A DNA stretch of 64,000 nucleotides from Alloascoidea hylecoeti (lineage: Eukaryota), in assembly GCA_001600815.1 (NCBI GenBank), contig BCKZ01000018.1, positions 62,001-126,000 on the forward strand, given 5' to 3'. The notes under the pieces were generated by a model. It saw only the letters and a program-made list of their open reading frames with translations. It ran no database searches and was not told the origin of the DNA. Shown piece after piece: positions 1 through 12,129 of this stretch (positions are counted from its first letter, which is position 1; each line of letters starts with the position of its first letter). Position numbers and translations under genes: made by a program.

Positions 1-1
1 T

Positions 2-286
2 AGTGATATTGATCATAATCATAAACATATTAAAAGTCCAATTGAGGTCACAACACCCGAATCTAACTATGATGAAGCTCGAGATGGTTCTGTTTCATGT
101 GAAACTACACCAAATACACCGCCTTCTGATTTATCGGTGAGTAAAATAGAAAAAGCATATTCACATTCAATTGGCCATAATCCAGAAATAGCAATTGCGG
201 TATTTCAAGGACTTGCGCCTCCGGATTTCCAAAATATGAATCAATGTTTCATTGGGATATGTTCATTTTCAGATACCAATGAATGA
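2..286 (+). CDS. 3' end of an unidentified gene running in from the left edge
   Basis: Frame 2 is open from base 2 (SDIDHNHKHIKSPIEV...PEIAIAVFQGLAPPDFQNMNQCFIGICSFSDTNE) to TGA at 284-286, followed by very AT-rich terminator-like DNA. Confidence 0.55.
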   Translation, partial: SDIDHNHKHIKSPIEVTTPESNYDEARDGSVSCETTPNTPPSDLSVSKIEKAYSHSIGHNPEIAIAVFQGLAPPDFQNMNQCFIGICSFSDTNE

Positions 287-1326
287 TTACAAAAAAATCA
301 AACATTATAGATAACAAAGTTAAAAATCACATAAGTTCTTATAGTTATGATTATAGCTACAAATCAATTCGTGAACCCCTTCTATATTTTATTAATATTG
401 CTATATCATTATTATCATAACCATTGAACTCTTTGCAATTGCAATTGCTATAAATATATTAACTAATACTTGGTTCTTAATTATATATATTTTAACGCGT
501 TATATGTAAATTATTGTTATTCATTAAATTTGATGCAAATGTAAAATAATTATCTATACCTGGAGAATATAATTATAGTTATAATTAACATTATTCATGA
601 TCATCACTAATAATTATAAAATTGTAATTGACTTATGTGAAGTCACTCCAAGATAAAAGTTAATACCTTAGATCGATTCTATAGTAGTTATTAACTAGGA
701 TAGTAAAGATCATATGAATTAATGCATACGAGAGGGGCTGACAGGTCATATCGATCATCCTAATATTACAATTAGACCAGTTTATCATTAAGTTTGTTTT
801 TTGCTTTTTTTGTAATTGCGATAAATATTGGGCATATCCATTCATCTTTGTAAAATTGATATGATCATAAGACTGCAATATTTCATCCATTAATATACAT
901 ACATCTGTAACATTTTAATCGTCCATCATCGATTGAAAGCACACTATATTTCTTTTAATTTAAAAGCCATTTTGAAAAAAGAGAAGGACCAGAGTGAACA
1001 AGTTTTCATTATAAAAGCTATGGCAATAGGCAAAAAAATGATACAATATTAAATAATAACAACAACAATATTAATAATAATAATAGTAGAAGTAATGGTA
1101 GTAGCAAAACAACAAAAAAAAAACACAAAAGTAATAAATAACAAAAAAATCATACATAAAGGTTAAGAAATGAAAACAATATAAATTAAAAATTAGATTA
1201 AAGATAATATCAAATTAAAAAATTCGTTAAAATTTGATGTAGAGAAATGATGAAAAAGAAATTATAATTTGTTTTAAAAAATGCATTAATTTTGGTAAGT
1301 TAGTAATTTTTGTTTTGTGTATGATA

Positions 1327-3905
1327 TTACTTTTTTTTATCTTCAATAATTGTAATTGATTCATTATTTTCTTTTGATTCTGCTTTTTCATTTTCAATTT
1401 TGGATTCATTTTTAGATTCAATAGATTCATTTTTGGATTCAATAGATTCATTTTTAGATTCAATAGATTCATTTTTAGATTCATTTTTAGATTCATCTTC
1501 AGTTTCTTCAATTTCTAAGTCTTCTAATTTTCCAGATTCAAGAGCTGTTCGAACTGGATTTTCAACATTAATTGTACCATTTGATCTTAATCTTTCAAAA
1601 AGTACAAATAATTTCTCAGCTTCTTGTTCTTTTTCTTCCATTGTCATTGATTCTTGTGGATAATGACCTTTAATTGTTGAATCATCACCTAAACTACCAG
1701 ATCTACCATTAATGAAATTAATACCCGAGGACCCACTTGATAAACCTGATGAAGAACCTGATCTTAAGAAATTTCCAGAAAGACTACGACGAATTGATTG
1801 AGTACTTGCAGAACCATTTCTTGAATTCATAGGTGATGGAGTAAGATATTGACCTGTTAAAGGGTTTATGAGTTGTTCAAAATCATTTCCAACTATACTA
1901 TTTTTACGACCTGAGTGATGTGGTGGAATTGATGTACCTCCTAAACCAAATAAATTTGCAGCAGATGCACAATGATCATTTGTACTTCCGTTTCTATTTC
2001 CATTTCCATTCCCTTTTTCATTTGAATCTTCATCATCATCATCATTATCAGTTGGTAAAGGAATATTATGGGATACTAAATAACCAGAAGCATATTCGAA
2101 TCCAATTGCTTTAACAAATTCCTTTGCTTTCCTATTACATAATTGAAATAATAATTCGCAAATTATATCACGATTTGTAAATGATAAGAAACTAGTAGTT
2201 AATTTTAATAGAATTTGAGCTAGTGTATCATCATCAAATGCAGAAATTGAAGCTGGTATACTACTTGAACTATGAATACTTGTAACATCATTATTTATTG
2301 TTGTGGTAGTTGATGAAGTTGGAACTGGTTTTAAATTATTATTATTACTATTATTTTTTGGTAAAAGATTTTTCCTTAATAATTGTTTCATAACATCAAC
2401 AGTTTGCTTATCTTCTTTCGAAATATCCATACTTTCTGTGCTCCATAGATATTTACTTATATTATAAAATAAAGAAAGTAAAGGATTTAAAATTTTTTGT
2501 TTTTCTTCAACAATATTTGAATTTGATGTCGAATCTAATGAAGGAATATTTAAACCATCTATATCATCATTATTTTCTTCGTTATATTTATTAATTTCTT
2601 CAATTGTTGGTAATGATGCATATAAAAAATCAATTAAAGTTAATATAAATTTAATTGAACTTCTTCTTTCTAACATATAAATAACAGTCCAATTTGATTT
2701 CATATCAGGTGCCACCTCACGAGTTGCTTCAACTGTTAAAGATAATAAAGTATTACAAGTATATTCTAATATTTTTGAATATTGTGGCTTATAACCAACT
2801 TGACCAACAATTCTCATTAAAGTTTTTAAAGTCCTTGCTAGATTAGGAGTTGCTGTTTCTGGATAATAATGACACATATTAAATTCACATTTCATTAATT
2901 CGATAAAAGATGATATAACATTATCATTTCGTAATTGAAATTCAACATCTTTTGGTGAAGAAGATTTGAAAAATCTATCATAATAACCATTTATTTTAAA
3001 AATAATGATTTGACTTATTTGAGTTACAACCTTATCTGAATATCTATGATCCTTGTCGAAAGTGAGTAAGAATAGGACCCTACCTATCGGGATATCAGAT
3101 GTTGGATCATTAGCTGTCTAAAAATAAAAAAAATAAAAAATAGGTCAGAATGGAATTTTAATGGGATATAATATTATATCATGTTATATTGAGACATACC
3201 CCATAATCTATTAATATTGTTTTAATATAATCAGTTCCTCTCCAACCATATAATAAATCATGATTTAATAATAACGCATTTCCAACAATGATATAAATAT
3301 CGATGACTTCAGTATCGGGAACTCGAATCTGTGTTAAATGTCTTGATATGATTGTGATGTTATGTTTTTGATGGGAGGAATTTTTCACTAGTTGGTTTTT
3401 AGTATGATTTTTAGTATGATTTTGAGAAGATTTTAAAGATTTTGAAGATTTTGAAGATTTTGATGTACATGATGGTGAAGAATTTGTTGATTTTGGAGTT
3501 GATTTAACAGGAGTTGTTGATTTTAAATTTTGAAGTTGAATATATAAAATCATTTTAAATAAAACATCTAAATCTTTTAATTTGAAGCATGATGAATTTA
3601 AAGGATTTCTACCGAATTGTTTTAAAAAGGAAATAAAATCTTTTATTTCTATTGATATGAATGAAATGTTATTATTAATAAACAATATGATAAAAACAAA
3701 ATATAAATATAAATATAAAATAAATATAATATAAACATGGAAATAATAATAGTTTTTGGTACAATATTTATTTATATATTTGTATGAAATGAAACTTACC
3801 ATCCTCCGTAAGTTTGGATTTGTTGTCGACGACGAGAGCAAACAGATCCAGAACCTGTCTTGCTTTCACGCGATCATCAGTTGTGTCTGTTTCCATCGTA
3901 GACAT
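1327..3905 (-). CDS. RIC8: Ric-8/synembryn G-alpha GEF and chaperone; exons 3905-3800, 3648-3200, 3117-1327 (about 781 aa)
   Basis: Ric-8 motifs INPLTGQ, MTMEEKEQEAEKLFVLFERL, GFEYASGYL and RVLFLLT. Introns 3799-3649 (GTAAGT..TAG) and 3199-3118 (GTATGT..CTGAC..TAG) join three ORF-track pieces in frame. Confidence 0.85.
1399..1496 (-). repeat. Coding tandem repeat, 21/12-bp units encoding ESKN(ESI), in the Ric-8 C-terminal tail
   Basis: Repeated GATTCATTTTT(A/G)GATTCAATA on the + strand; protein ESKNESKNESIESKNESIESKNESIESKNESK. Confidence 0.9.
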
Positions 3906-4643
3906 CAAAAAAGATATATTTAAAGGAAAGAAGAAGAAAAAGGGAAAGTGAAGTGATAAACGGAGGGTGTGCGGTTGTTTGACTGTTTGGCAGGTGTCAG
4001 ATGGACGGATGTAGGGAGGGGGCCACGTGAGCGAGGATCGCCCGAAACGGCAGAGAGAGTATGCGGGCCGGCGAGGGAGGGGGCGTGGGAGGCACTGGGA
4101 ACTGTGGTGGAGGGGTGTTGGCTCCTTCCTTCTTCTTGTTGCAATTGATGATCTCCATAAAATTAACCATTTCCAATTATTCCACAATTATTTCCACAGT
4201 TAATTTTGATGAAATTTAAAGATCTTCTGAAAAATGTATATTAATTTGGATTTTGAATAAATTTAATTCGATATTTTCAACGTGAACTGATTTTTCAATT
4301 AATATTTGTGTTAAATTTTCTGTTTTTATTATTGTTACAATCGGATTTGGAAAATTTAAAAAGAAAGAATGGATATTTGCTGTTGACTATATAATTTATA
4401 TAAATCACTCATGAGGCAATATCTCAATTACCAACCATTACAATCTTTTATAAATTCATTAAAATTTATTTAAATATAGCATAAATATTTCATCTAGAAC
4501 TCTTTTACCTAAATATAAATATAAATACTCATAAATTCTCTAACTTATAGCTGCAGCTGATTATGGGTCAAAAGACTCAAAAACAAATTATAATTTGTAG
4601 TTAGGACAGGCGGGATGGAATAATATACATAAACATTTCATAA

Positions 4644-6536
4644 TTAGAACTCATATCCTTCTGTATGGAAATAAATATCAGGCCCTCCTTTTTTCCACAT
4701 ACATTCCAATGAACTTCCTCTTGCTTCTTCATTTAATTCATACGGCCCGCAGGATATAACTGCCATGGATAATTCATGATGTTTACAATTTAACTGTTTA
4801 GCTTCTTGTCCAACAATATCTGCACTTTTCGGCTTATCATTTGCAATCGTTATTAAATCCATACTTGAGCTTGCATTTGTACCGGTGCTAGTAATCATAT
4901 GCGATTCTTCTTCCTTATATTTTTCATTAGAGCTCGTGATACTTGAATCGCCCAACTCTTCAGTTATACCTAGATTTGATGTATAATAAAATTCTACTGA
5001 TAACTCAAGTCTATTTTGATTACTAGATTTAAACTGTTCTTTGACTTCTGCAATTTCTTCTTCATACCAATTTATATTTTCTTTATTTTTCATCAACCAA
5101 ACAAATCTAATTTTCGTTTTTTCTGGTCTACCTTTATTGTTATCATTTGAATTTAATTCATTCAATTTAAAAAGAGTATCATTTAATATCGGAAATGTTA
5201 AAGATGCTCCCGATCCAGCGGCTATGAATAAAATTGTATCAAATGTAATCAATGGTAAATAATTACCTCCATATGGTCCACCAAAAGTAACTCTTAAGCT
5301 TATTGGAATTGAATTAATATTATTTCCGAAATCTGTTATTGTTGCTTCTTTATCTTCTTCAAGTTTATTTTTTATCTTTTCAAATAAATGTTTTGTAAAT
5401 CCATTACGTTTTCTAATAAGTAAACGTAAAATTTTTGTATTTGGATGACTTGAAATCATAAAAGGATGATTTTGTAATAATCTAACTCTTGGAACATTTA
5501 AATAAATATGTTGTCCTGCTTTCCAATATCCTAAATATGGCAATGGTATATACTTAAATATCTTTTTTTGATTTTCTAATCTTTCAAATGGTATATGTGC
5601 TTCAACTGTTTCATCATCAATTATTTTAAATTCTGAGACACATTGAGTTGATGATGTAAATCTGTTAAACACCGTTCTTATTCGGCCTAAAACCCGATCA
5701 ATAACAATAGTATGAATTGCAACAATTAATAAAGCATGATGTCTACTATTATGAAAATAAATGAAAAAGCATCCAACAGCTCCAAGTAATCCATGAATAA
5801 ATAAAAATGTTTCATATTTTTTCCTTCTAAATGATTTTGTACCTAAGAAAACTTGTGGTGTTAATAACACAACTCCTAAAATTCCTAAGATTTGTTTTCT
5901 TTCTTTTAACACATATAATTTATCTTCTTGTTTTAAGAACTTAATTGCAAGAACCATATGAGCAAGGATAAAACCATAAGCTAATCTACCAATCCAACGA
6001 TGAGCTCTAACAAGTTTTGTTTGTGGTATACCTGTAAGTATTGAAACTGGATCATGTTTTAACCCTAATAAGAACATAAATGTCATATTTGCAGAAGCAA
6101 ATTGTCCTAATCTTCTTCCAACCAAATATCTTGCATCAAGAAATGTAAAATCATTAACTTGTTTATAAGCAAGTGCAAGATTTACACCAATATAAATAAT
6201 ATATAACAAAATTAATGATGGTTGTAAATAAATCAATCTTTTAAATCGATTTGGATTTGAACAATTAAATCCATTAAAATCAAATTCAATTGTTGTATTT
6301 AAATATTGTGAAAAAATTCTTTTAAATTTAAAATATATTAAGAATTTTAAATTTTTATTATTTCTTTTTGATCTAATAAATCTTTCAATATAATTGAATA
6401 AAATTGAATATATTAATACAATTGCTAATGATATTCCATACATCATCCATCCATATTTTTTGGTTAAATCACCTGCTTTTATCGCTTGATCAGTAGATGA
6501 TAAACTAGCATATAACTCTTGAGCTTTATGTTTCAT
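4644..6536 (-). CDS. Ferric/cupric reductase transmembrane component (FRE/NOX family), paralog 1
   Basis: Heme His pairs (AHRWIGR..LAH; IHGLL..YFH), FAD motif HPFMISS, GPYG, NADPH motif AAGSG and C-terminal CGP. Confidence 0.9.
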   Translation of the reverse strand: MKHKAQELYASLSSTDQAIKAGDLTKKYGWMMYGISLAIVLIYSILFNYIERFIRSKRNNKNLKFLIYFKFKRIFSQYLNTTIEFDFNGFNCSNPNRFKRLIYLQPSLILLYIIYIGVNLALAYKQVNDFTFLDARYLVGRRLGQFASANMTFMFLLGLKHDPVSILTGIPQTKLVRAHRWIGRLAYGFILAHMVLAIKFLKQEDKLYVLKERKQILGILGVVLLTPQVFLGTKSFRRKKYETFLFIHGLLGAVGCFFIYFHNSRHHALLIVAIHTIVIDRVLGRIRTVFNRFTSSTQCVSEFKIIDDETVEAHIPFERLENQKKIFKYIPLPYLGYWKAGQHIYLNVPRVRLLQNHPFMISSHPNTKILRLLIRKRNGFTKHLFEKIKNKLEEDKEATITDFGNNINSIPISLRVTFGGPYGGNYLPLITFDTILFIAAGSGASLTFPILNDTLFKLNELNSNDNNKGRPEKTKIRFVWLMKNKENINWYEEEIAEVKEQFKSSNQNRLELSVEFYYTSNLGITEELGDSSITSSNEKYKEEESHMITSTGTNASSSMDLITIANDKPKSADIVGQEAKQLNCKHHELSMAVISCGPYELNEEARGSSLECMWKKGGPDIYFHTEGYEF

Positions 6537-7229
6537 TGTATTTAGAAATATATATCAAAGTTTAACAACTTTGAAAAAGAAAAAAAGATCTAAAAAAAAG
6601 ATTCAGAAATTGAAATAACTTTATAGAACAGCGATCATTAAATGTTTTATATGATCCATAATAATTATATATAAAAATTTACAAATATTAAGTTATAATT
6701 TATAATTGTCTAACTTTAAATCTATTATAATTTTATAATAATAATGATGATAAATCTTAATTATTAACTGTCAATTTCAATATCTTGGTTTAAAAAATTA
6801 TGGTAAAGATTTAAAAATTATAATTATAATTGAAAAAATATTATCAGCAAAGGAAGATGGTTTTGTTACCTAATACAAACGGAAATTTAAAATTGTACTT
6901 TTTATAATTTTACGCTAATTATGTAAGACTGTTATGAAAATACCGATCATTTAGATATGAAATCAACGCTAACGCGAATCAGGGTATAGGGTTTACCGTA
7001 GATGGTTATGATTTGCCAAGAAGATTGATGGTAATAATAAGTTCAAGTAATCAGATGGGGAATGAATATTCCAATTTTTAACCATGATCTATTAAAAATG
7101 AGTACATTATATCAACCAATAGATTTTAAGATGAGCTTGAGCTTGATTACAAAAATCGCTAATTAAGGTTATAATATTCATATGGCTACATCAAAAACAA
7201 TACATTAAATGGATATATAACTATATAGA

Positions 7230-9143
7230 TTATATTGAATACTTTTCAGTATAACAGTAAATATTTGGAGCATTTTCATCCCATCTACAACGTTGACAAC
7301 CAGCTTGAACATCAGCGGTTAGTTGTACAGGTCCACAAGAGAGAACTGCCATTGAGGATAACCCTGTTTTATTGTCATTTAATTTTATTGAGTCCTCTCT
7401 AATGATATCTAATGGTGGTGGCCTTCCATAAATGATTTCAACAAATTTGGGAATATTTATACCGTTAAGTTCAATACCCTCAAACTCATGTTTTGATGAT
7501 GAACTATTGCTATTGGAGCATGAGGTGTCCGTCACTTCATGAATTTCCTTTTTTGTATCTCTCATAATCATCTTTTCTGTAGATACAGGCTCAACATCAT
7601 TAGTTGTTACTGTACTTATTTGTGATGGCTTCCTTGTTATATAAAGTTGTATTTTTAAATCAGCGCTACAATTAGCATCACGATAAAGATCGTATAATAA
7701 ATTCAGTTGATCTTCATACCAGCATACATTCTTTAATTCCCTTATAAACCAAACAAATCTAATTTTTGCTTTCTCTGGTCTTCCCATAAAATCTTTTTGT
7801 GAATCTCTTTCTTTGATTTTCAATAGTAGATCAAGACAAACTGGAAATGTAAATGAAGTTCCAGATCCACCTCCAATAAAACTAACAACATCAAAGGGTA
7901 GTAATGAGATATAATCACCACCGTATGGTCCTCTTACTATTGCTTTTAAATGAATTATTTTTTTTGATCCTGTAACTGATTCTGGATCCGTTTCTGCTGC
8001 GGCTGCCGAATCTTTTTCAATTCTTTTCATAAGCTTTTTTGTAAATCCGTTTCTTGTTCTAATTAATAGATGAACTTCTCCCATAGATGATATGCTTGCA
8101 ACAGTAAAAGGATGAGATTGTAAAAATCTAATTTTTGGAATTTTTAAAAACACATGTTGTCCTGCTTTCCAATCTCTTATAGTTGGTATAAATTTTCCAA
8201 GGATATTTGTCTTTTCACTCATTTGTGATAATGGAATTTTAACTTCAACTGTTTCTCCATTTTCATCAAGGATTTTACAACTTGAAATACCTTTTGTTGG
8301 TGTAAAATATTTATTTATAATTCCTTCTGAAAAGAATAAAACTCTATCAAGAAAAACAACAAAATAACCAAGAATAATGAAAACTCTACCACCTGTATTA
8401 TGAAAAACTGAGAGTAAAAATGCAACAAATGCAAAAAAACCATGATGAATTAAAAAAAATTCATAATGCCATCTTCTTATTATTCCTACTCCACCCCATG
8501 TTAAAACAGTCATGGAACCAAATGCTATCATTCCAAAGATTTGAGGAGGAATTTGAACCATAATAATCATGTTAATATCTAACCAATATATAATGTTAAA
8601 ATAAGCATGAATGCCAACTAAAAGCCATGCCCAACGACCTAACCATCTATGAATCATGTTTAACTTATCCTGTGGAATTCCTGTTATTTTACCAACAGGA
8701 TCATGTCGTAATACAAAGAAATTGCATAATGAATAACTAATACAAGATATTCTTCCAATTCTTTTTCCAACGATATAACTTCTTGGCTCATATGTAATTA
8801 ATTCAACTTCCTTAAAGAAGAAAATAAGATTAAACATTATATAAATACCAAAGAATAAAACAATTGATGGTTGATAATAATATTTTTTTGAAGTTATTGG
8901 ATTTCTAATTGAAAAACATGAATTAAATGAATCAACATATTTTAAAAATTTAAAAAATTTATAATTTTTAATTAATAAACCATCTCTACTTCTTTTTTTC
9001 CTATAATATGAATTTAAAAATTTAAATATAAATCCATATAATAATACCATAAATATACTTAAACCATATAAAATCCACATATATTTGATATTAAGTTTTT
9101 TTTCATAATCAAATTGATCGATTAATTTAATCTTTTTCGCCAT
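7230..9143 (-). CDS. Ferric/cupric reductase transmembrane component (FRE/NOX family), paralog 2
   Basis: IHRWLGR..GIH, IHHGFF..VFH, HPFTVAS, GPYGG, GGGSG and CGP motifs. Confidence 0.9.
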   Translation of the reverse strand: MAKKIKLIDQFDYEKKLNIKYMWILYGLSIFMVLLYGFIFKFLNSYYRKKRSRDGLLIKNYKFFKFLKYVDSFNSCFSIRNPITSKKYYYQPSIVLFFGIYIMFNLIFFFKEVELITYEPRSYIVGKRIGRISCISYSLCNFFVLRHDPVGKITGIPQDKLNMIHRWLGRWAWLLVGIHAYFNIIYWLDINMIIMVQIPPQIFGMIAFGSMTVLTWGGVGIIRRWHYEFFLIHHGFFAFVAFLLSVFHNTGGRVFIILGYFVVFLDRVLFFSEGIINKYFTPTKGISSCKILDENGETVEVKIPLSQMSEKTNILGKFIPTIRDWKAGQHVFLKIPKIRFLQSHPFTVASISSMGEVHLLIRTRNGFTKKLMKRIEKDSAAAAETDPESVTGSKKIIHLKAIVRGPYGGDYISLLPFDVVSFIGGGSGTSFTFPVCLDLLLKIKERDSQKDFMGRPEKAKIRFVWFIRELKNVCWYEDQLNLLYDLYRDANCSADLKIQLYITRKPSQISTVTTNDVEPVSTEKMIMRDTKKEIHEVTDTSCSNSNSSSSKHEFEGIELNGINIPKFVEIIYGRPPPLDIIREDSIKLNDNKTGLSSMAVLSCGPVQLTADVQAGCQRCRWDENAPNIYCYTEKYSI

Positions 9144-9793
9144 CTTTTATTACTATGAGTACTAATATGAAAATGTCGTATAAATGAGAAATAAACCTGT
9201 GAAATTAAATATGTTGTTAACTTAACTGTAAGACAGTTTTCAAGAGGAAAAAATCAAAAGTGGAAGAAATTCAAGGGATCTAGAAAGATTATAAAGATTA
9301 GATTAAATTGATTTTCTTTTTTAAAAATTCAGGATATATCTCGCGATTTATTATATAACATAATCGATCGATTATAAGTATGCAAGAGAAATCCTAACAA
9401 GATTAAATTATAATAATAAAACCTTGCCATAGGTCATTATGATATGCATAACATTGAATAATTAGATACTAATTAGAGAAAATCTACGGAATATAACGTT
9501 GGTTATGGAGAATATCACAACAATTTGTCATCGAATGGATTTAAGTTTAGACTAAGAGGCTTATTATTGAAAATTAAGTAATTAGTTAGCTTATGTGTGG
9601 TATTCATGATTTGCTGATAGCTAAATAAATACACATTGAAAGGCATATATAATATTTGCATACGCCATTATTGTGGTTGCTCATATTCTATTAGTTTATC
9701 TCAATGGCTCAGCTGTCAGTGGGTTTCTGGAGATAGTCTTCCCACTAACTATCAAATAATCTAATCAGGACTGAGCCTCTGTATAAACCTTGA

Positions 9794-10178
9794 GGGTGAT
9801 TGCTATATATTAGGGTTCCAATCCAATATTTCTATATTAAATGATTAGTATAATCCAGCCTGGGCGAACTCAGGGTTAATAATCATACTTACAGTCCACT
9901 CTGAATTCGCTCGGCTGGTGGGAAGATATGGGAGTTTCTTAGCACAAGGTGGAATCAAAAGTTCGGTAGCTGGGTGATATATATTCGGTATATTGCTTCG
10001 GATTAATTTCATCATTTGCTTGAATTAGAATTTGGGTGATATGCTTAGTTTAAATTCTTGATTTATATTATCTCATTTACAATCTGGTTATTTGGAAAAT
10101 ATTAATGCACCACTTTTCTAATGTAATCCCATTAAGTAAAAATGCTTGGGCAAGCTTCCGAGACAACAATTGGGTGAT
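9794..10178. promoter_or_regulatory. Four same-orientation GGGTGAT (ATCACCC) motifs upstream of FRE paralog 2
   Basis: GGGTGAT at 9794, 9972, 10034 and 10172; contains the CACCC core of Aft-type iron-response elements. Confidence 0.4.
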
Positions 10179-10625
10179 TTTCTGAGAGAATTCAACTATT
10201 AGTTCTTGGGGGTGTGATAAAGGACCCTGTGCTCATAAGCAGCCGTACCTTGATCATTATCATAACGAAAAATGACATCAGTCATAAAACGGAAAAATGA
10301 AAATCATAATAATCTTTGGAATAAATAGTAGATTCATTCACAATTAAGAGGATTTGTGTTTATCTTTTGAATACCTTGACCATGGAGTGTTAATACGTTG
10401 AATCTTTATTCAAAATGATTCCAAACTAGAGACCTAGAAAAGGTCTCTCACAGCATCTCAAACGCCAGCTTTGAGGGAGGGGAAGATCATTCTGAAAATT
10501 GGAAGGTCGTGTTTCTGCAAAAACATATAAATCTAAAATAACTATTGTCTCATAAATGTAATTGTAATTATGAAAACTGTATAAAGAATCCTCAAGGAAA
10601 ATCAAACACCAGAAGATTCACTGAA

Positions 10626-11118
10626 ATCGATAAGACAAGAATTTAATTATAGTATGTAGCGCGTATTTGGAGTCTCCATCGCAGGATTTCTGAAAAATTC
10701 AACGTGTCTACGTTTCTTCACGCGACTAAAAGGTCAAACACATTCCAAGGCACTTGTCATATTTTGCTCTTGCTGACTGTGATTTCCCGTTAGAAAATAT
10801 GGCGAAACAATCTCTCATACAACAACACTAAAACTTTAGCAAAAATTCCAGACAAGATAATTTTTATGGAAGATAATGCTGCTATTTACAAAGCGGCTGT
10901 TATAATGTTGACATTTGAAGAAAAGGGAATTGAACTCAATTGAGAAGGTGTGAAAGAGATTCACAACAAGAACGAACCAGCCCTCATAAAATTACAGGGT
11001 AGAAGAGAAGAGGAAATGAATCAACTGTGAATATGCTAGGATATTTCTCGATAACATAGCTAAAATTATGTCTCCAATGCCGAAGTTAGTATTAAAAAAT
11101 GGTGGTTGCACCAGATAA
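10626..11118 (+). mobile_element. Degenerate Tc1/mariner-family DDE transposase relic
   Basis: Collinear decayed motifs IDKTRI..RIWS..EKFN (10626), VIFCSC, IIFMEDNAAIYKA (ATG at 10866) and terminal SPMPKLVLKNGGCTR*, resembling Tc1 SDESKF..VWR / VMVWGC / FMQDNAPIH / SMPRR..GGxTKY. Several stops and frameshifts; the SPDLNPIE block is missing; no TIRs confirmed. Confidence 0.6.
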
Positions 11119-12129
11119 TATTCATATATACTATAACTATAAATTTAACAACTGAAGGGTGAAAATCCAGACATTTCCTTACTCTGATTGTTTTCCTGGG
11201 GAAAACTAGAGCAGAGCTCAACAAGAGCACACAATGATCAATCTATATAGTAGGCTAGTACAGTTGAGAACAGGCGTAGATTATATCACACATCTCTCTA
11301 ACACATCCCGAACATTATTCTATAAGCTGACTTAATTTAATAAACCCGTACACCTGTCATCTCTCTGACTCACTAAGCAGTCTCGCCAAAAGCCTTTATT
11401 TCAATAATATCTTGAAACTGATTTTTCTTTAGGCTCTTAGTTAGTGGATCTGCTATATTATTTTTAAGCTTTGAATGTAAAAGAGTTTGATATGTTTATT
11501 GCGATTCATATTGCAATGATAGATTTCGAGAAAATGATTTTTTCGATTACGAATATTAATGATGATTTCTTATGAATATTTGTGACTTATACTCTTTACT
11601 TTTACAAAAAGATTATACATTTACATTTAAGAATTGGTTAACAGATGTGTGTATAACATATCGAGTTTTCCACCATCATGAAAATGTGTAATTAAAGTTG
11701 TGGTCTGAATTAATTTATTTGATTCTGAAATATAATTACATTCTTATTTTTCGGTAAAGAACGGTATACAATGTGAAAAGACTTATTGTAACTATCACTT
11801 TTTGGATTTGATTAAAGTATAACTCTTAAAGTTGCAACCGAGTGTAAACATTTGAACAATTAAAAACACATTTTTTATAAGGGTATGTATACACACTTTC
11901 AAATACAACTAGTATTTTTTGTATAGTTACAGAGTAAGAGGGTTGATTTCAAAGATATGTAGTTATCTGAAATGCATATTTTAGAATTAATGCAAGTTTT
12001 TAATTATTTAGATGGAATTATATCTACCGGTATATGTTAATTAATCTAAAATTCCGGTATATTTCTATATAATAATTGATAAAGGGAAATATGATTTATC
12101 ACTAATGTGATTCCTGTTAATCGATAATC

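Noticed and set aside
1227..1663. ORFs 1227-1511 (-) and 1400-1663 (+) with repetitive peptides
   Set aside because: Alternative-frame and antisense shadows of the Ric-8 minisatellite; units are contiguous without spacers, so not CRISPR-like.
3906..4187. Pro/Arg-rich N-terminal extensions of RIC8
   Set aside because: Chance open frames in a GC-rich promoter with non-ATG starts.
9890..9915. TACAGTCCACTC as a left TIR of the Tc1 relic
   Set aside because: No matching inverted copy found downstream of 11118.
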